Under the pieces are notes generated by a model, which saw only the letters and a program-made list of their open reading frames with translations, ran no database searches and was not told the DNA's origin. A program made the translations under genes and the position numbers. From Malacoraja senta (Eukaryota), in NCBI GenBank assembly GCA_038087875.1, contig CM075992.1:6264001-6328000 (forward strand): 64,000 bases of DNA. The letters run 5' to 3'. This document shows positions 1-13,000 of this stretch, piece by piece; within the stretch, counting starts at the first letter, position 1, and every line of letters starts with the position of its first letter.

Positions 1-896
1 TCTGTTAATAAGTTCTAGGAGGAGAATTAGGCCACTACCCCGCCATTCAATCAAGGCCGATCTATCTTCCCCTCTCAAACTCATTTTCCTGCCTTTTCCC
101 CATAACCCTTGACGCCTGCACTAATGAAGGTAGACAAAAATGCTGGAGAAACTCAGCGGGTGAGGCAGCATCTATGGAGCGAAGGAAATAGGCAACGTTT
201 CAGGTCGAAACCCTTCTTCAGACTCAATGTACTCAATTGTACTAATGAAGAATCTGCCAATCTCTGCTTTAAAAATATCCATTGACTTCACAGCCGTCTG
301 TGGCAATGAGTTCCACAGATTCACCACTCTGTGACTAAAGAAATTCCTCTTCATCTCCTTTTATTCTGAGGCTGTGCCTTCTGGTCCTAGACTCTCCCAC
401 CAGTGGAAACATCCTCTCCACAACCACTCTATCTATGCCTTTCATTATTCTGTAAGTTTCAATGAGGTCCCCCCTCAACCTTCTAAACAGTTTAGTTTCG
501 AGATACAGAGTGGAAACAGGCCCTTCGACCCACCGAGTTCGCACTGACCAGCGATCCCCTACACACACTATGGACATTTGTTTTTACATTTATGCATTTA
601 CACCAAGCCAATTGACCTACAAACCGGTTTAAGAAAGAACTGCAGATGCTGGTAAAATCGAAGGTAGACACAAAATGCTGGAGTATCTCAACGGGTGAGG
701 CAGCTTCTATGGAGAACCTATAAACCTCTCCGTTTTTGGAGTGTGGGAGGAAACGGAAGGTCTCGGAGAAAACCCACTCGGGTCACGGGGAGAAAGTACA
801 AACTCCGTACAGACGAGTAGCCGTAGTGAGAATGGAACCCGGGTCTCTGGTGCTGTGAGGCAGCAACTCCATCGCAGCTCCTGTCGCTATGCTTAA

Positions 897-1212
897 GGGC
901 GGTCACGGTGGCGCAGCGGTAGAGTTCCTGCCTTACAGCGAATGCAGCGCTGGAGACCCGGGTTCGATCCCGACTACGGGCGCTGTCTTCACGGAGTTTG
1001 TACGTTCTCTCCCGTGACCTGCGTGGGTTTTCTCCGAGATCTACGGTTTCCTCCCGCACTCCAAAGACGTACAGGTTTGTAGGTAAATTGGCTTGGTAAA
1101 TGTAAAAATTGTCCCTAGTGTGTGTAGGATAGAGTTAATATGCGGGGATCTGTGGTCGGCACGGACCCGGTGGGCCGAAGGGCCTGTTTCCGAGCTGTAT
1201 CTCTAAACTAAA
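897..1212 (+). mobile_element. tRNA-derived V-domain SINE with CR1-like tail (representative)
   Basis: A box GGTGGCGCAGCGG, B box GGTTCGATCC, central GGAGTTTGTACGTTCTC..GGTTTCCTCCC domain, tail GGGCCGAAGGGCCTGTTTCC..(CTAAA)n. Other copies at about 3930-4240, 11964-12545, 15024-15260, 16290-16585 (-), 34455-34738 (-), 44683-44955 (-) and 59026-59312 (-). Confidence 0.9.
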
Positions 1213-3615
1213 CCTCCAAACTATATTTTTATTTTGTTCTACTCCCCCCTCCTCCTCCTCCTCCTCCTCCCTGCTCGCACATCCACTCCTAATCTGCACA
1301 GACATCCATTAGAGAGGGGCAAGGATTAGGCTAAACGTGTGTGTAGTCAAGCCTGTACATTTTCCCTGCTGCCAGCCTCTCGTACAGAACTGGGTCACCA
1401 CACATCAGAACAGTTGTTCACCCGTGTGCATCCTATCTCCGTAAGCACAACTATCCCCCTTGTTATTTTTATTCCCTGATTAAAATATTCATGAACCATG
1501 TCCATTTTAACCATTATTCCAATTTACCAGCTCAATTTTTCTAAAGTAACATTAATCTTTTACAAACGCTACCCGGATTCTGCGAAAGCCGTCTATAGTT
1601 CATTCATGGTGATGCGATGCGTGCTTGTATGGTGAAATGCAGCGCATAGAAGCTCAGGATCATAAATCGGGGGTAATGAGGAGAAGGCAGGAGAATTGGG
1701 TTAAGAGGGGGAGATAGATCAGCCGTGATTGAATGGCGGAACAGACTCGACGGGCCGAATGGCCTAATTCTGCCCCTGTCACTTATGAAGACCAAAGGAC
1801 GTTTGAGCAGAATAAGGCCATTCTGCCCATCGAGTCTGTTCCATAGATACATAGATACATAGAAAATAGGTGCAGGAGTAGGCCATTCGGCCCTTCGAGC
1901 CTGCACCGCCATTCAATACGATCATGGCTGATCATCCAACTCAGTATCCCGTACCTGCCTTCTCTCCATACCCCCTGATCCCTTTAGCCACAAGGGCCAC
2001 ATCTAATTCCTTCTTAAATATAGCCAATGAACTGGCCTCAACTACCCTCTGTGGCAGAGAGTTCCAGAGATTCACCACTCTCTGTGTGAAAAAGTTTTTC
2101 CTCATCTCGGTCCTAAAGGATTTCCCCCTTATCCTTAAGCTGTGACCCCTTGTCCTGGACTTCCCCAACATCGGGAACAATCTTCCTGCATCTAGCCTGT
2201 CCAACCCCATAAGAATCTTGTACGTTTCTATAAGATCCCCCCGCCATTCAATCATGGCTGATCTATTTTTCCCTCTCGACCCCATTCTCAAGCCAGTAAT
2301 CTTTGACACCCTTGCTAAATCAAGAACCTATCCATCTCCACCCGAAAAATATTCAATGACTTGCCCTCCACAGCCATCTAGTTTAGTTTAGAGATGCTAT
2401 GTAGACACAGGCCCTCCGGTCACCCGAGTCTGTACCGACCATCGATCACCCATTCACACCAGTTCTATGTTCTCCCACTTTCTCATCCACTCCCGACACA
2501 CGAGGGGCAATTTACAGAGCCCAGCGTAATCTACAAACCCGCGCGGCTGTGGGATGTGGGAGGAAACCGGAGCATCTGGTGAAAACCCACAGGGAGAACG
2601 TGCAAACTTCACACAGCCAGCACCCGGGGTCAGGATTAGACAATAGACACTAGGTGCAGGAGTAGGCCATTCGGCCCTTCGTGCCAGCACCGCCATTCAA
2701 TGTGATCATGGCTGATCATCCCCAATCTTCTCCTGCCTTCTCCCCATATCCCCTGACTCCGCTGTCTTTAAGAGCCCTATCTAGCTCTCTCTTGAAAGTA
2801 TCCAGAGAACCTGCCTCCACCGCCCTCCGAGGCAGAGATTGAACCTGTGTTCCTGGTGCTGTAAGGCAGCAGCTCTACCCGCTGCACCAGTGTGCCGCCG
2901 TTGTCCTTGGCAACAAATTCCGCAGATTAACCAACCTAGTTTGCCCTCTGTAAACTGCACCTGGTGTGTAGGGAGTGGATGAGGAAGTGGGATAGCATAG
3001 AACACCTGTGAATGGATGGTCGATTGGGCTGAAGGGCATGTTTCCATGCTGTATCTGGAAACTAAGCTAAAGAGAGGGACAAAGTACAAAAGCAGGCAGG
3101 TACAGCTTAGCTTTTTAAACGCTGGTACAGCCACGGATGGAGTTTGGAGCCCGGCTATTGCCAACACGCTTTGGGAAGGGTGTGAATGAACAGGAGGGGA
3201 TGCAGGAGAGATTTGCTGGACCGGCTCCAGGAACGAGGGATTAGACCTGAGATGTGAATGCTCTCGTTGTAGCACAGTGGGTTGAGAGGCCCTCGTGCAC
3301 AGCTCAGATGGTTTACTAACCACACTTTCAACACATTCTTTCAAAGATTTATGTACATGTTCTCCCGGGGCTGTGTTTCTGTACAGCCTCCGGAACGCCA
3401 CCGTCTCACCTATCTTGTCGCTCCACCTCTCTGTCTCACCGCCCCCCATTACGTTTCCCCTGGCTCTTGGCTGTCTAGCCTGCCAGCCTCTCTGGTCTGG
3501 AGCGTCTTACTGTCCTTGCTGTTGACCCATACAGCCCAACGTGTACCTCCTGCAGATAGACACAAAATGCTGGAGTAACTCAGCAGGACAGGCAGCTTCT
3601 CTGGAGAGAAGGAAT

Positions 3616-3651
3616 GGGTGACGTTTCCGGTCGAGACCCTTCTTCAGACCC
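3616..3651 (-). ncRNA. minimal hammerhead motif copy with 4-bp stem I
   Basis: Minus strand GGGT-CTGAAGA-AGGGTCTCGACCG-GAAAC-GTC-ACCC. Confidence 0.6.
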
Positions 3652-5414
3652 GAAACGTCATTCATGTCGCCTGTCCCGCTGAGTTACTCCACCATTTTGT
3701 GTCTATCTTTGGTGTAAGCCAGCATCTGCAATTCCTTCCTATACATTTCGTCTGCAATTTTATTCAGCAGAATCCCAAGGGAATAAAAGTCAATGGTCCC
3801 AGCACTGAGCCGAGGAACGCACTGTCAACCATCCTCTGAAATAATAGTTCTACCTTTTAGGCTAAAGTCTTATATATGCAGCGGCTGAGAACTTTAATCA
3901 GTGTGCCTCAGTTTTGCGGTCTATTTTTGTGATGGGTTGGCAGCTGTGGAGTTGCTGCCTCACAGCGCCAGAGACCCGGGTTCGATCCCGACTACAGGTG
4001 CTGTCTGTACGGAGTTTGTACCTTCTCCCCGTGACCGCGTGGGTTTTCCCCGGGCGCTCCGGTTTCCTCCCGCACTCCAAAGACGGACAGGTTTGTCGGT
4101 TAATTGGCTTTGGTAAAGATTGTAAATTGTCCCCAGTGTGTGTAGTAGGATATTGCCGGTGTACGGGGATCGCTGGTCGGCGCGGACTCGGTGGGCCGAA
4201 GGGCCTGTTTCCGCGCTGTATCTCTCAACTGAACGAAACGAAACATTACCCACTGCATTCCGTCATGCTTCTGGGAAACTCAGTCACCTTGGTTAAATCT
4301 GATTCATATTTTAAAGACACAAAGTGCTGGAGTAACTCAGCGGGTCAGGCAGCATCTTCGGAGATCTGCCGATGTTTGATTGGGACCCTCTTTTCGTCTG
4401 AAGATGGGGCCTGACCTGAATTGACCATTGTGTATATATTTATAGAATGCCTTGTAGTAAATGCCTACTATGTTCTGTTGTGCTCAAGCAAAGCAAGAAT
4501 TTCATTGTCCTACCAGGGACACATGACAATAAACTCACTTGACTTGACTTGACTTGAAGGTCACCTATCCACGTTCTGTAGAGAAACTGCCTGACCCACT
4601 GAGTTACTCCAGCACTTTGTGTCTTTTTTTTTGGTATACCAGCATCTGCAGTATCTTGTGTCAATAGACAATAGGTGCAGGAGTAGGCCATTCGGCCCTT
4701 CGAGCCAGCACCGCCATTCAATGTGATCATGGCTGATCATCCCCAATCAGTTCCCCGTTCCTGCCTTCTCCCCATATCCCCTGACTCCGCTATTTTTAAG
4801 AGCCCTATCTAGCTCTCTCTTGAAAGCATCCAGAGAACCAGCCTCCACCACCCGCTGAGGCAGAGAATTCCACAAACTCACCACTCTCTGTGAGAAAAAG
4901 TGTTTCCTCGGCTCCGTTCTAAATGGCTTGCCCCTTATTCTTAAACTGTGGCCCTGGTTCTGGACTCACCCAACATCGGGAACATGTTTCCTGCCTCTAG
5001 CGTGTCCAAGCCCTTAACAATCTTATATGTTTCAATTTATGATTCAGTGTCTGATTTATCTTTTTGCTTACGCCTCGCAAGAGACCTGTGGCGCTCTGCT
5101 CTATTAACCCTTCCCATGAATCTGTTCCCAGATTGCTACTGAAGGCTTTTTTGCAGCCAAGCTAACCTGGCCAGTCTGCAGTTACCGCCATGCAGAAACA
5201 AGGAACTGTAGATGCTGGTTCATACACTAAACGTTATTCCCTGTATCTGTACCCTATGGACGCTTGCTTGTCATCATGTATTGTCTTTCCGCTGACTGGA
5301 TAGCACGCAACAAAAGCTCTTCAGTTCATCGGTCGGTGCATGTGACAATCAGCTAAGCTAATCTAATGCAGCAGGTCAGGCAGCATCTCTGGGGATCATG
5401 AATAGGTGACGTTT

Positions 5415-6003
5415 CAATAGACAATAGGCGATAGGTGCAGGAGAAGGCCATTCGGCCCTTTGAGCCAGCACCGCCATTCAATGTGATCATGGCTGATCAT
5501 CCCCAATCAGTACCCCGTTCCTGCCTTCTCCCCATATCCCCTGACTCCGCTATCTTTAAGAACCCAATCTAGCTCTCTCTTGAAAGCATCCAGAGAACCG
5601 GCCTCCACCGCCCTCTGAGGCAGAGAATTCCACAGACTCACCACTCTCTGTGTGAAAAAGTGTTTCCTCGTCTCCGTTCTAAATGGCTTACCCCTTATTC
5701 TTAAACTGTGGCCCCTGGTTCTGGACTCCCCCAACATCGGGAACACGTTTCCTGCTTCAAGCGTGTCCAAACCCTTAACAATTTTATAAGTTTCAATGAG
5801 ATATCCTTTCATCCTTCTAAACTCCAGAGTGTACAAGCCCAGCTGCTCCATTCTCTCAGCATATGACAGTCCCGCCATCCCGGGAATTAACCTTGTAAAC
5901 CTACGCTGCACTCCCTCAATAGCAAGGATGTCCCTCCTCAAATTAGGGGACCGAAACTGCACACAATACTCCAGGCGTGGTCTCACTAGGGCCCTGTACA
6001 ACA
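5415..6003 (-). mobile_element. CR1-clade LINE 3' end (representative of many copies)
   Basis: LYRALVRPRLEYCVQF..LEFRRMKGYLIETYKI..TRGHSLRI..LWNSLP with 3'UTR and (CTATTGT)n tail. Similar fragments at about 1845-2240, 4660-5035, 9310-9615, 31385-31845, 37240-37730 and 62830-63180. Confidence 0.9.
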
Positions 6004-6700
6004 TCAGGTCTCAAGGTCACTGAAGAAGGGTCTCAACCCGAAATGTCACCCATTGCTCCTCTCCGGAGATGCTGCCTGTCCCACTGAGTTACTCCAGCAT
6101 TTTGTGTCTATCTTCGATTTAAACCAGCATCTGCAGTTCCCTCCTCCACATAAAGTAATATCTATCCCAGCTTGCTATCATACATTGGTCCTGTATCAAG
6201 TCTGCCCTCTCTCTTAATTCCTATCAATCGCGCACACACACACACACACGCACGCGCGCACACACACCTGTCACAAGTAGAACGTGCAAGCTCCACACAG
6301 ACAGCACCGAGGTCAGGATGGAACCCGGGGCTCAGTCGGTGTGAGGCAGCAGCTCTACCCGCTGCGGCACTACCCCGCCATCTATAGAAAATTAAACAAT
6401 TGAATCTTTCAGGCTGAAGTACCGAACCGCACCAGATCTGATGAGGGTGCCGTAACCATTTCCCTCTCCACAGATGCTGCCCGACCTGCTGAATGTTGTG
6501 CTGTAATTCCTCCGCTATACAGTATGTGTGTCACTCGCCAAAACCATACAGGGCACGACCTTGGATCTAGAAGAATTTCTCTCTCTATAGAAAGGGCATT
6601 GCTAGCAGTTCCTATCTATATTTGGGGGAGGGGGTGAACAAGAAACAAAAACAAAATCTTCAGCCACTTTTTTTTACTTCATGATCCCGAAACACCATTA

Positions 6701-6919
6701 AGGGCCTTGGGCGTCATTTGCGCGTCACGCAGATGGCGCGCGAATCCTGGGGCGTCGCTCGCGACCGCGCGTGACCGCTCATCACTGCTTACGTCACCAC
6801 GCACCATGCGAGCGTAATGCGCACCATTGCGCATCAATTGCGCGGCACAACGCGTGCGTCGTGACATAAATGATGCCGTGTAAATTACGCGCAAATGACG
6901 CCCAAGTGGGACAGGCCCT
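6701..6919. mobile_element. PIF/Harbinger-like MITE
   Basis: TIRs AGGGCC..TTGGGCGTCATTTGCGCG / CGCGCAAATGACGCCCAAGTGGGACAGGCCCT, with TTA on both sides; CpG-rich. Confidence 0.75.
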
Positions 6920-9835
6920 TTACTTTTCAAAAACCATGATGGCAAGATTCGGCCACGTCAAGAAATTCTGTTATTTACCCCATTTAATAGTTGACAATCG
7001 AAATCGGGGAAGAATTTAGAGATTCTTGTTGAAGCATAGAAACATAGAAAATAGGTGCAGGAGTAGGCCATTCGGCCCGTCGAGCCAGCACCGCCATTCC
7101 ATATGATCATGGCTGATCATCCAAAATCAGTACCCCGTTCCTGCTTTCTCCCCATATCTCTTGATTCCTTTAGCCCTGAGAGCTATATCGAACTCTCTTG
7201 AAAACATCCAGTGAATTGGCCTCCACTGCCTTCTGCGGCAGAGAATTCCACAGATTCACAACTCTCTGGGTGAATTTTCCCCCCCTCATCTTAGTACACA
7301 CACTGCCACCCAGCTTTGTGTCATCTGCAATCTTGGAGATGTTACATTTAATTCCTTCGTCTAAATCGTTAAGTTGAAGTAGAATTGAAACGGAAAATTG
7401 GAAGCAGAATCAGAAGAGAACGTGGTGGATCAGCTCTCATGAGTGAGGGAGTGAGGAGGTGAACAGACACGGGATTCAAGTGTAAACACCTCCCTGAACC
7501 CGGGTCTCTGGCGCTGTGAGGTAGCGGCTCTACCAGCTGTGCCACCGTGCCCCTGAGGTCATTGTTACGCTCAATCTGCCTCAGACTGGGCTTGCGATGA
7601 GTCTCGAACTCGAGATGGAACGGGATGTAGCCTATCCCCGAGTCCTGGCCTGCTGCACCACAAAGAAGCGGAAACAATGAACTGCAGGTGCTGGATAGCA
7701 TACAAATGGACGCAAAAGGTTACTCTGGAGTTACTCAGAACCGGAGGACAAGGGCAGGTGACGTTTTGGGCCAAGACCCTTCTGCAGTGGGCTGCACCAC
7801 GGGGCAAGGGCAAGAGTGGGTGCAGATGGCAGTGAGCGGCTCTGACAAGTGTACGATGAGCTAACATGGATGCGCTTGAGTGGAACTGACTGCATTTGCG
7901 TAGTTCAGAGCACTGGGCTAGAATGTGCCGTTTTCAGCTCTCTTCTCCTGTCATATTTGGTCTGATCATTCCTCGTGATCTGGGCTGCAGATGACAATGC
8001 CTCCGCAAGCCTGCGGTCAACTCTCCCCTTATTAATTCATAACAATGAAGCCAGCCCTCGGTAAAATTCTTCAGCCAGATGTCTGTTGGGAAAGTAGGTC
8101 TGATGTAAGGAAAAGTCAAAAGATTGAGATTATCAACTGCTAATTGGGGTAAATAAGATGATTTCTTGACAGGACCGAATCTTCCCATTGTGCTTTTTGA
8201 AAAAAAAAAAAAGTTTGAAGATCATGAGATACAAAATGTCTGAAGAGTTTGCTTTTATTTCTTATGTCCCCTATTTTTGAGTCGCAGATCTGTCAACGCG
8301 CCCCGTTTGCGCAGCCTTACTGTGCCAGAGACCCGGGTTCGATCCTGACTACGGGTGCAGTTTGTATGGCGTTTGTACGTTCTGGCCGTGACAGAGGAAA
8401 CACTTATTCTCACAGAGAGTTGTGAGTCTGTGGAATTCTCTGCCTCAGAGGGTGGTGGAGGATACTTTCAAGAGAGAGCTAGATAGGGCTCTTAAAGATA
8501 GCGGAGGCAGGGGATATGGGGAGAAGGCAGGAACGGGGTACTGATTGGGGATGGTCAGCCATGATCACGTTGAATGGCTGTGCTGGCTCGAAGGGCCGAA
8601 TGGCCTACTCCTGCACCTATTGTCTATTGTCTATTGACCCGCGTGGGTTTTCTCTGGGTGCTCCGGTTTCCTCCCACACTCCAAAGACGTACAGGTTTGA
8701 AGGCTAATTGGCTGGGAATAATTGTAAATTGTCCCTAGTGTGTGTAGGACAGTGTTAATGTGCGGGGATCGCTGGTCGGCACGGACTCGGTGGGCCGAAG
8801 GGCCTGTTTCCGCGCTGTATCTCTAAACTAAACTAAATGTGAATCTTTCACTTACACATGAGGTGGCACAGCACAGAAATGGGCCCTTGGTTCCAACTCG
8901 TCCTTGCCGACCACAGTGACCCACCCGAATCACTCCTGTTATTCCATGTAACAACAAACAAGTGGTCGCTGGTTAGTACACAAATGGACACAAAGTGCTG
9001 GAGTAACTCAGAACTGGAGAACAAGGAGAGGTGACATTTTGGGCCAAGATGCTTCTACAAATGGGTCTTGAGGTTCTCGACCCTAGTCATCACCTCGCCA
9101 TGTTCTCTAGAGTTGCTGCCTGACCTGCTGAGCGACTCCAACACTAGTTTTTCCATGTTTGGCCCATATCCCTCGAGCCGTTCCTATCCGTGTCCCTGTC
9201 CAAATGTTGCTATAGTCCCTGCCTCAACTACTTCCAGTGGCAGCTCGTTCCCTACACCCACCACCCTCTGTGTGAAAAGTTGCCCCTTGGGTTCCTACGA
9301 ACTCTTTGCCCTCTCCCTTGCCCAGAGTAGGGGAATCGAGGACCAGAGGACATAGGTCTAAGGTGAAGGGGAAAAGATTTAATAGGAATCTGAGGGGTAA
9401 CCTTTTCACACAAAGGATGGTGGGTGAATGGAACAAGCTGCCAGAGGAGGTAGTTGAGGTCGGGATTATCCCAATGTTTAAGAAACAGGCAGGTACATGT
9501 ATAGGACAAGTTTGGAGGGATATGGACCAAGTGCGGGCAGGTGGGGCTAGTGTAGCTGGGACATGTTGGCAGGTTGGGCTGAAGGGCCTGTTTCCACACT
9601 GTATCGCGCTATGACTCTCCTTAAACCTTTGTGCATTTTTCATACCTCCTCCAGAGCAAACAGCTCTCCAAGTTGCTCCTGTCCACGTGTGAAAGCGTTT
9701 ACAGCCTTCCCTATGAACAGTTCTGCTCTAACCACAACAAGATGCCCAGAAAGAACAGTTTCACATTATCCACTGCATCAGATCCTGGAATTACCTTCAA
9801 CACTTCTGTCAGTTTGCCCCCTCATCTTCATTGTT

Positions 9836-10067
9836 TAAGAAGGAACTGCAGATGCTGGAAAATCGAAGGTACACAAAAATGCTGGAGAAACTCAGCGGGT
9901 GCAGCAGCATCTATGGAGCGAAGGAAATAGAAGGAACTGCAGATGCTGGAAAATCGAAGGTACACAAAAGGTCTGAAGAAGGGTTTCGGCCCGAAACGTT
10001 GCCTATTTCCTTCGCTCCATAGATGCTGCTGCACCCGCTGAGTTTCTCCAGCATTTTTGTGTACCCC
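9836..10067. mobile_element. palindromic Penelope-end element with 13-bp flanking duplication
   Basis: Inverted arms; CATCTTCATTGTT at 9823-9835 and 10068-10080; hammerhead core at 9973-10000. Confidence 0.8.
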
Positions 10068-13000
10068 CATCTTCATTGTTCTTTGACATCTTTCTCTATA
10101 GATTAACTCTTTCTGCCCCAGTATCACATTGATCGGAGTGCAGAAACAAGGAACTGCAGGTGCTGCTTTATACCAAAGAAAGACCCAAAGTGCTGGAGTA
10201 ACTCAGCAGGTCAGGCAGAATTTCTGGAGAAAAAGAATGGGTGACGTTTTGAGTCGGGACTCTTCTTCAGACTTCAGACAATGGCGGTTATCCACCTTGT
10301 ATGAGAAAGAACTGCAGATGCTGGATTAAATCGAAAGTAGACACAAAATGCTGGAATAACTCAGCGGGTGAGGCATCATCTATGGAGGGAAGGAATGGGT
10401 GACGTTTCGGGAGACCCGAAACGTCACCCATTCCTTCTCTCCATAGATGCTGCCTCACCCGCTGAGTTACTCCAGCATTTTGTATCTACCCACTCCACCT
10501 TGCCTCCCCTCACACCCTCATGAAGAAGGGTCCCGACCCCAAACCATCACTGTGTGAAGCTTCCAAGATCCAGCTCCCTCTATCAATCTTTGGTAGCAGA
10601 ATAAATCAATCCTTATCTTCAGGAATTTATTTAATCAGTGTTGTCTTTCCATCCATCACCCACCCGTTTTCTCCAGCGGTGCTGCCTGGCCTGCTGAGTT
10701 ACTCCAGCACTTTGTGCCTATCTTTCAGCGCTTGAACGACTTTGCACTGACTTTAAGCGAGGAGCAGTACTTTCTTCTGGAATTGGAGTACAAAGCATTT
10801 CTGGATGGGCCCTTAGCCACTTAACTTTAATGGAGTGGCCCATGTTGGCTACGGAAGCCATTCTCATGGGAATTGGGAATGCTTTGTAGAGGTGCAATCC
10901 CTCTATTGAGGTCAGCACAGTAAACACAGCTGGCACACACAGCTCACTCTGAAGAAGGGTATCGACCCGAAACGCCACCTCTCCAGAGATGCTGCCCGTC
11001 CCGCTGAGTTACTCCAGCCTTTTGTGTCTATCAGCTGGTAGAGCTGCAGTCTCTCAGCTCCCAAAACCAGGGTTCAATCCTGACCTCGGTCTGTGTGGAG
11101 TTTGCACGTTCTCCGCGAGACCATGTAGGTTTCCTCCGGGCGCTCCAGTTTCCTCCCAAAGGCGTGCGGGCTGGTAGGTTTACTTGCCACTGTAAATTGT
11201 TCCTCTTGTGTAGGTGAATGATGGGATCTGGGGGGAAGGAGTGAGAATGTGTGGAGAACTAAATGGGAACAATATCAATGACCAGTTTAATTTAGTTTGG
11301 AGATACAGCGTGGAAACGGGCCCTTCGGCCCACTGAGTCCACACCAACCATGTTATCCCACTTTCGCCTCCTACACGCTACATTGAGGCAATTCACAGAA
11401 GCTAATTGACCGACAAACCTGCACGTCTTTAGGGTGTGGGAGGAAACCGGAGCACCTGGAGAAAGCCCACAGGGAGAACGTGCAAACTCCACACACAGAC
11501 AGCACCCGAGGCCAGGATCGAACCCAGGACTCTGGCACTGTGAGGCGTTTTTTTTTAATGTTCTCAATTTTACTTATCCACCACTTAATCTAATGGTCTG
11601 CACAGACACGAAGGGCCGAAGGGTCTGTTTTCCTTCCGTATCGTTCTATGAATTTATGACTTAGCAAATACATCCTGTATTTTCCACGAGAGTTTAGTTT
11701 ATTGTCACATGTAGCGAGGTACAGTGAAAAGCCTTTGTTGCGTGCTAACCTGTCGGCAGAAAGACTATATATATTAATAATATATCCATATACAGATGTG
11801 AGTGTAAGATATGTATTGACATTTTCTATGTCAAGTAGAACATCTTCCAGGTTACACATCTCCATCCACGGTGGGCAGCAGAATAAATAAATGCTTCTCT
11901 TCATGACTTTAATCAGTGTTGCCTTTCCATAACAGTCCAGCATAGGACTGATGAAGCTGATGGGTGGCATGGTGGCGCAGCGGTAGAGTTGCTGCCTCAC
12001 AGCACCAGAGACCCGGGTTCCATCCTGACTACGGGTGCTGTCTGTACGGAGTTTGCACGTTCTCCCCGTTCACCTGCGTGGGTTTCGCCGGGTGCTCCGG
12101 TTTCCTCCCACACTCCAAAGACGTACAGGTTTATAGGTTAATTGGCTTGGTATCATTGTAAACTGACCCTAGTGTGTGTCGGATAGTGTTAATGTGCGGG
12201 GATCGCTGGTCGGCGCGGACTTAGAACGGAGACGTGGAAACACTTTTTCTCACACAGAGAGTGGTGAGTCTGTGGAATTCTCTGCCTCAGAGGGCGGTGG
12301 AGGCAGGTTCTCTGGATGCTTTCAAGAGAGAGCTAGATAGGGCTCTTAAAGATAGCGGAGTCAGGGGATATGGGGAGAAGGCAGGAACGGGGTACTGATT
12401 GGGGATGATCAGCCATGATCACATTGAATGGCGGTGCTGGCTCAAAGGGCCGAATGGCCTACTGCTGCACCTATTGTCTGTCTATTGAATCAGTGGGCCG
12501 AAGGGGCCTGTTTCCACGCTGTATCTCTAATCTAAACTAAACTATAAGCTGCCACTATAGATTCCCTTCATTTGGCAAACCCATGCCTACTGCACATGTA
12601 CACAAGTGGCCACTATGGTCAAAGTATTCAAGGACGTTAGTAACTGAAGCAACTGCACTGAATTTGGACAAACTCCGAGGGAACATCTCTGAGATGAGCT
12701 ATGGTAATCTGCACAGTTTCCAAGGAAACAGGAATTTCAGGAGGCAATTGTGACTCGTCGGATGAAACAAGCTAATGGCATTGCCTTGGGATCTAAATCT
12801 TCCAGGTCAGTTATTCCTTGAATCTAATACAAAGTGCTGTCTGTGTGTGTTTAAATATAAAGTACACCTTAGGCAAATGCACTTGTAAGACGTGTCATTG
12901 TCTATCTTCATAAGATTAAACTGATGTCTCGCCAATTGGTGCATGAAAAGGATGGGACATTTATGTTGCCTTGTTACAAAAAAATGTGAAGAATTAAACA

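Noticed and set aside
897..975. tRNA genes
   Set aside because: The A/B boxes are SINE heads that continue into the V-domain and LINE-like tail; no complete cloverleaf.
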